DNA of 64,000 nt. Source: an uncultured Gemmatimonadaceae bacterium (GTDB taxonomy: Bacteria > Gemmatimonadota > Gemmatimonadetes > Gemmatimonadales > Gemmatimonadaceae). Every line of letters starts with the position of its first letter. Positions within the stretch are counted from its first letter, which is position 1. The stretch is from contig CAVUDW010000002.1 of assembly GCA_963740355.1 (NCBI GenBank), forward strand, positions 1,888,001 to 1,952,000, given 5' to 3'. The notes under the pieces are model-generated. The model did no database searches, was not told where the DNA came from, and saw nothing but the letters and a program-made list of their open reading frames with translations. A program made the position numbers and the translations under genes. Shown here piece by piece: positions 60,349 to 64,000 of this stretch.

Positions 60349-60957
60349 CTAGAACACGACGCTCAACCCGCCTGTCTGTTCGATACCGACCGCCTCACCA
60401 CCGGCCCGGCGCTGATCGAAGCGGAAGCGGGCTTCGGCGCGCAGCGAGACACGATCGGAGAGGATGAAGCGCACACCAGCCGGGAAGGCCATCATGGTGC
60501 GCACATAGGACGGGCCATCCTCTTCATCGCGCATCGCCAGCCCGACTGCGGCACCGACGTAGGGACGAATCACGCTCGACGGCAGTTCGGCGCGGATGCC
60601 GATGGTGGCCGATCCGAGCTGCAGGCTGCGCGAGCTGGCCGGCGTGATGCCGCCCGCAGGGACGTCGATCGAACCGATGGCGTACGAGACCCCGACTTCC
60701 GAACGCAGCCAGCGGCGCACACGCCAGTCGGTGCGCAACGCTGCCATCGGCAGGCTCTTGTCATCGTCCTGGCTGCGCAGGGCGCCGACGGACATGGTGA
60801 TTTCGCGATCGGGGGTGCGTTCGCGGCGATCGAAGCTGATGCGCATGGTGCCGACGCGCCGGTCATCGCGTCGTCGGTCCTGCGCGTGGGCAGCGGTCGG
60901 GAGGGCGGCCAGCGCAGCGAGCGCGAGCAGGCAAAGGTTTTGACGTGGCAGAAACAT
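60349..60957 (-). CDS. Outer-membrane beta-barrel (OmpA-like 8-strand) protein
   Basis: Signal ending AHAQ; RPYVGAAVG, AGVRF, C-terminal F. Confidence 0.8.
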   Translation of the reverse strand: MFLPRQNLCLLALAALAALPTAAHAQDRRRDDRRVGTMRISFDRRERTPDREITMSVGALRSQDDDKSLPMAALRTDWRVRRWLRSEVGVSYAIGSIDVPAGGITPASSRSLQLGSATIGIRAELPSSVIRPYVGAAVGLAMRDEEDGPSYVRTMMAFPAGVRFILSDRVSLRAEARFRFDQRRAGGEAVGIEQTGGLSVVF

Positions 60958-61056
60958 CAGAGCTCCGGAGCAGTGTGAAGTCGTGCGACCGAGGGTTGGA
61001 CAGTGCCGCGGCCGAAGGGGTTTACCGGGTCCGCGAGGTATTTCTTCCCCGGCTCG

Positions 61057-61515
61057 GCGCGATATTGTTCCGCCTGCGCTGAAACCACACCAAGGGGTCA
61101 GAGATCTTGATCCGCGCGATATTGCTCCGTCGGCGCTGGAAAGACATCAAGGGGTCGGAGATCTTGATCCGGAGATCTTGACCCGCGCGGTATTGCTCCG
61201 CCGGCGCTGGAAAGACATCAAGGGGTCAGAGATCTTGATCCGGAGATCTTGACCCGCGCGATATTGCTCCGCCGGCGCTGGAACGACATCAAGGGGTCAG
61301 AGATCTTGATCCGCGCGAAATTGCTCCGCCGGCGCTGGAACGACATCAAGGGGTCAGAGATCTTGATCCGGAGATCTTGACCCGCGCGGTATTGCTCCGC
61401 CGGCGCTGGAACGACATCAAGGGGTCAGAGATCTTGATCCGGAGATCTTGACCCGCGCGATATTGCTCCGCCGGCGCTGGAAAGACATCAAGGGGTCAGA
61501 GATCTTGATCCGCGC
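61057..61515. repeat. Intergenic tandem array, 7 units of 57/71 bp
   Basis: GGGGTC anchors at 61094, 61151, 61222, 61293, 61350, 61421, 61492. Confidence 0.93.
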
Positions 61516-61557
61516 GCGCGTTCGCTCCGCTACGGACTTCCTCCTCCCCGCACCTCA

Positions 61558-62796
61558 ATGCTCCGAAGCCAGTCGCTGCGCGTCCTCGTCGCACTCGTCG
61601 TTGGACTCGCACTGGGGATGAGCCTGGCCGCGGGGAGTGCGACATCATCGCAGCTGGTCGCGGTCGCCGACGTGATCGGGACACTGTGGACGAACGCCAT
61701 TCGCATGACCGTCATCCCGCTGGTGGCGGCGCTGACGATTGCATCGGTGGCGGAGACGGGAGCGAGTGCCGATCTGCGGCGGGCGATGACACGCGCCGTC
61801 ATCGTGTTCGTGCTGCTGCTTCTGGCTGGCGGGGCACTGGCACTGGTCATCGGTGAACTCGCATTCGCCGGCTTCGAATTGCCAGCCGACGTGGCCGCCC
61901 GGATCCGACAGACCGCCGCGCCTGCCGGCAGCACACCCGCACTGCCGTCACTCGGCCAACGACTGATCGAGATCGTCCCGGTGAACCCGATCAAGGCGGC
62001 CGCCGATGGTGCGCTGTTGCCGCTGGTGGTGTTCTCGCTGGCGCTCGGATTCGCGCTCAAGCGGGTGGCGACGGAGCGGCGCGATGCCGTGATCAGCCTC
62101 TGTCGCGGCCTCTCGGACGCACTGCTGGTGGTGGTCGGCTGGGTCGTGGCGATCGCGCCGATTGGCGTGCTCGCCCTTGCCTTCGCGCTCGGCGCACGAC
62201 TTGGCCTTTCGAGCGTCGGTGCACTCGCGCGCTACATCGTCACGCTGTCGGTGGTGTTGATCCTCTTCACCGTACTGCTGTATCCAGTCGTCGTGCTGAT
62301 CGGCCGCATGCCGTTCCGCCGCTTCCTCGCTGGCGCCGCGCCCGCACAAGCATTGGCCGCGGGGTCGCGATCGTCGCTCAGCGCGCTACCGCTGATGATC
62401 AGTGCCGCGCGCGAGAAACTCGGGCTCGATGCCGCCGCCAGTGGATTCGTGCTACCACTCGCGGTGTCGATCTTTCGCGTCAACGTGCCGATGGCATGGG
62501 TCGTCGGCGTGATCTTCCTCGGAAAGTTGTACGGCGTGGAAGTCAGTGCGGTGACACTCGTCACCGTGATCCTGACGTCCACACTGCTCAGCTTCAGCGT
62601 GCCAGGCATCCCATCCGGCAGCCTGTTCATCCTCGCGCCGCTACTCGTGAACCTTGGGATTCCGGCCGAGGCGGTTGGGATCCTGATCGCGGTGGATGTC
62701 ATTCCCGACATCTTCAAGACGACGGCCAACGTGACCGCACACCTGACGTCGGCGGTGCTGGCGGGTGGCGAGGCGGAGTCGCACACGGGCACCTAG
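61558..62796 (+). CDS. Dicarboxylate/amino acid:cation symporter (DAACS)
   Basis: IRMTVIPLV, PVNPI, SRSSLSALP, FVLPL, DIFKTTANVTA. Confidence 0.92.
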   Translation: MLRSQSLRVLVALVVGLALGMSLAAGSATSSQLVAVADVIGTLWTNAIRMTVIPLVAALTIASVAETGASADLRRAMTRAVIVFVLLLLAGGALALVIGELAFAGFELPADVAARIRQTAAPAGSTPALPSLGQRLIEIVPVNPIKAAADGALLPLVVFSLALGFALKRVATERRDAVISLCRGLSDALLVVVGWVVAIAPIGVLALAFALGARLGLSSVGALARYIVTLSVVLILFTVLLYPVVVLIGRMPFRRFLAGAAPAQALAAGSRSSLSALPLMISAAREKLGLDAAASGFVLPLAVSIFRVNVPMAWVVGVIFLGKLYGVEVSAVTLVTVILTSTLLSFSVPGIPSGSLFILAPLLVNLGIPAEAVGILIAVDVIPDIFKTTANVTAHLTSAVLAGGEAESHTGT

Positions 62797-62825
62797 CGCC
62801 GCCAGCCACACCGCCGCCTCAACAC

Positions 62826-63596
62826 CTATGGTTTCGCCAGCACTTCCTCGAAATACGAGATCGCACGCGGATCACCACTCTGCCCGAGCCAGAAAATCGC
62901 CTGGCGCCTGACACGCGGATCGAGCTTTCCCTTCGCGATCGTCAACAGCGCCGGTACTCCCTCGCCATTCGGACGTTGCGAGAGGGCGAACACCGCCGAC
63001 TTCCGCACCTCGACGTCTCCGCTCTCGTCGTCGACCAACCCATTCAGTGCGGCGGTCGCGTCGCTGGCCGCCTGACCGAGCCAGAACACCGCGCTCTTTC
63101 GCAATTCCCGCTCGCGATTGGCGTCCTTCGCAATTCGCAGCAGCGTCGGCCAGACGGTGGACGAGTCGGCCAGCGTCGACACCGTGATCGCTTCCTTCGC
63201 CGCGCGCCCCGTGCCCGTTTCGGCCTGGCGGATGAACCAGGCGCCGGCATCGGAGGCCGCGACCACGCCGATGTCGGTCGCCGTGCCGGGTGTCCCCCAC
63301 TTGCCACCGACGTAGAACCGAATCGCGGTCGGTGTTCCCGCCGTGAGGTCCATCGCCACGCGTACCGGCCCTGGCTCACATTCCGAAGACCATTCACCGT
63401 TGTGGCGTGAGCGCTCGCTCGAGCTGAAGCTCATCGACTGGCCGCTGCCACACACGCCCGGCCGCGCCTTGAATTGCATGCGAATCGTTCCCGTGCCCAC
63501 GCGGCGAACGGCCTGCGTGATCGATTCCTGCGCCCGCAGGGGCGTGCCAACCAACACACCCGCGGCGAGGATGAGGCCCATGGTGCGTGTCCTCAC
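62826..63596 (-). CDS. Exported HEAT-repeat protein
   Basis: RKSAVFWLGQ, RKSAVFALSQ, RRQAIFWLGQSGDPRA; signal peptide. Confidence 0.88.
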   Translation of the reverse strand: MRTRTMGLILAAGVLVGTPLRAQESITQAVRRVGTGTIRMQFKARPGVCGSGQSMSFSSSERSRHNGEWSSECEPGPVRVAMDLTAGTPTAIRFYVGGKWGTPGTATDIGVVAASDAGAWFIRQAETGTGRAAKEAITVSTLADSSTVWPTLLRIAKDANRERELRKSAVFWLGQAASDATAALNGLVDDESGDVEVRKSAVFALSQRPNGEGVPALLTIAKGKLDPRVRRQAIFWLGQSGDPRAISYFEEVLAKP

Positions 63597-64000
63597 TTGT
63601 TGATCAACTCCGTCAGGAACGCCGTCACGCGAGGGTCACGTGACTGTCCCAACCAGAAGATGGCCTTCTTCCGCAACTCGCGATCTGGATCCGACTTCGC
63701 GATGTCCATGAGCTTGTCGAGTGCCACCGCATCGCGCTTCTGCGAGAGGGCGAAGATCACCTGCTCACGCAGTTCGCGCTCGTCGAGGGAGCTGTAGAGC
63801 GAAGCCAGCTGCGAAATCTCGATGCCCATCTGGCTGGCGTTGAAGATCGCCTTCTTCCGCACGTCGAGGCTTTCCTTCGAGTCGTTGATGATGCCGAGCA
63901 GGAAGGCCTCGTTTCCCTGGCCCCGACGCTGGGTGAGTGCGAAGAGAACCTTCTCGCGCAGCTGCGGATCACCGACCTTGCGATAGAGGCTGCGCAAGTA
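63593..64000 (-). CDS. HEAT-repeat protein, C-terminal part (starts beyond the window)
   Basis: REQVIFALSQ, RKKAIFWLGQSRDPRV; GTGA overlap with the next gene. Confidence 0.88.
   Translation of the reverse strand, partial: YLRSLYRKVGDPQLREKVLFALTQRRGQGNEAFLLGIINDSKESLDVRKKAIFNASQMGIEISQLASLYSSLDERELREQVIFALSQKRDAVALDKLMDIAKSDPDRELRKKAIFWLGQSRDPRVTAFLTELINK

Noticed and set aside
61057..61515. CRISPR array
   Set aside because: The intervening segments are near-identical rather than unique spacers, and no cas genes are present.

Overview
GC-rich bacterial chromosome segment. Gene style (signal peptides ending in '...AQ', a HEAT-repeat gene pair, CarboxypepD_reg, DUF5916 and HmuY proteins) suggests Gemmatimonadota, but this is inference only. 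About 50 CDS are present; I found no rRNA, tRNA, CRISPR, integrase or transposase. Most genes are envelope hydrolases, transporters or signalling proteins. Highlights: (1) an ~11 kb locus at 12.2-23.4 kb with no signal peptides, containing a subtilase fused to a 7-blade PLL-type lectin propeller, a propeller with about one His per blade, a DUF362-START/SDR/SRPBCC operon and a divergent 4-gene operon of unknown Cys/His-rich, Ig-like and repeat proteins; (2) a CHAT (caspase-like) protease-TM-CHASE2 receptor translationally coupled to a FecR-PASTA-PASTA lipoprotein; (3) a MASE1 hybrid kinase fused through an internal signal-peptide-like segment to an alpha/beta hydrolase; (4) two composite intergenic REP-like arrays sharing a GGGGWCRGAG core; (5) a Cys-free DksA/TraR, a His/Met-free HmuY and a frameshifted methyltransferase. 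All family calls come from motif recognition by eye; no searches were run.
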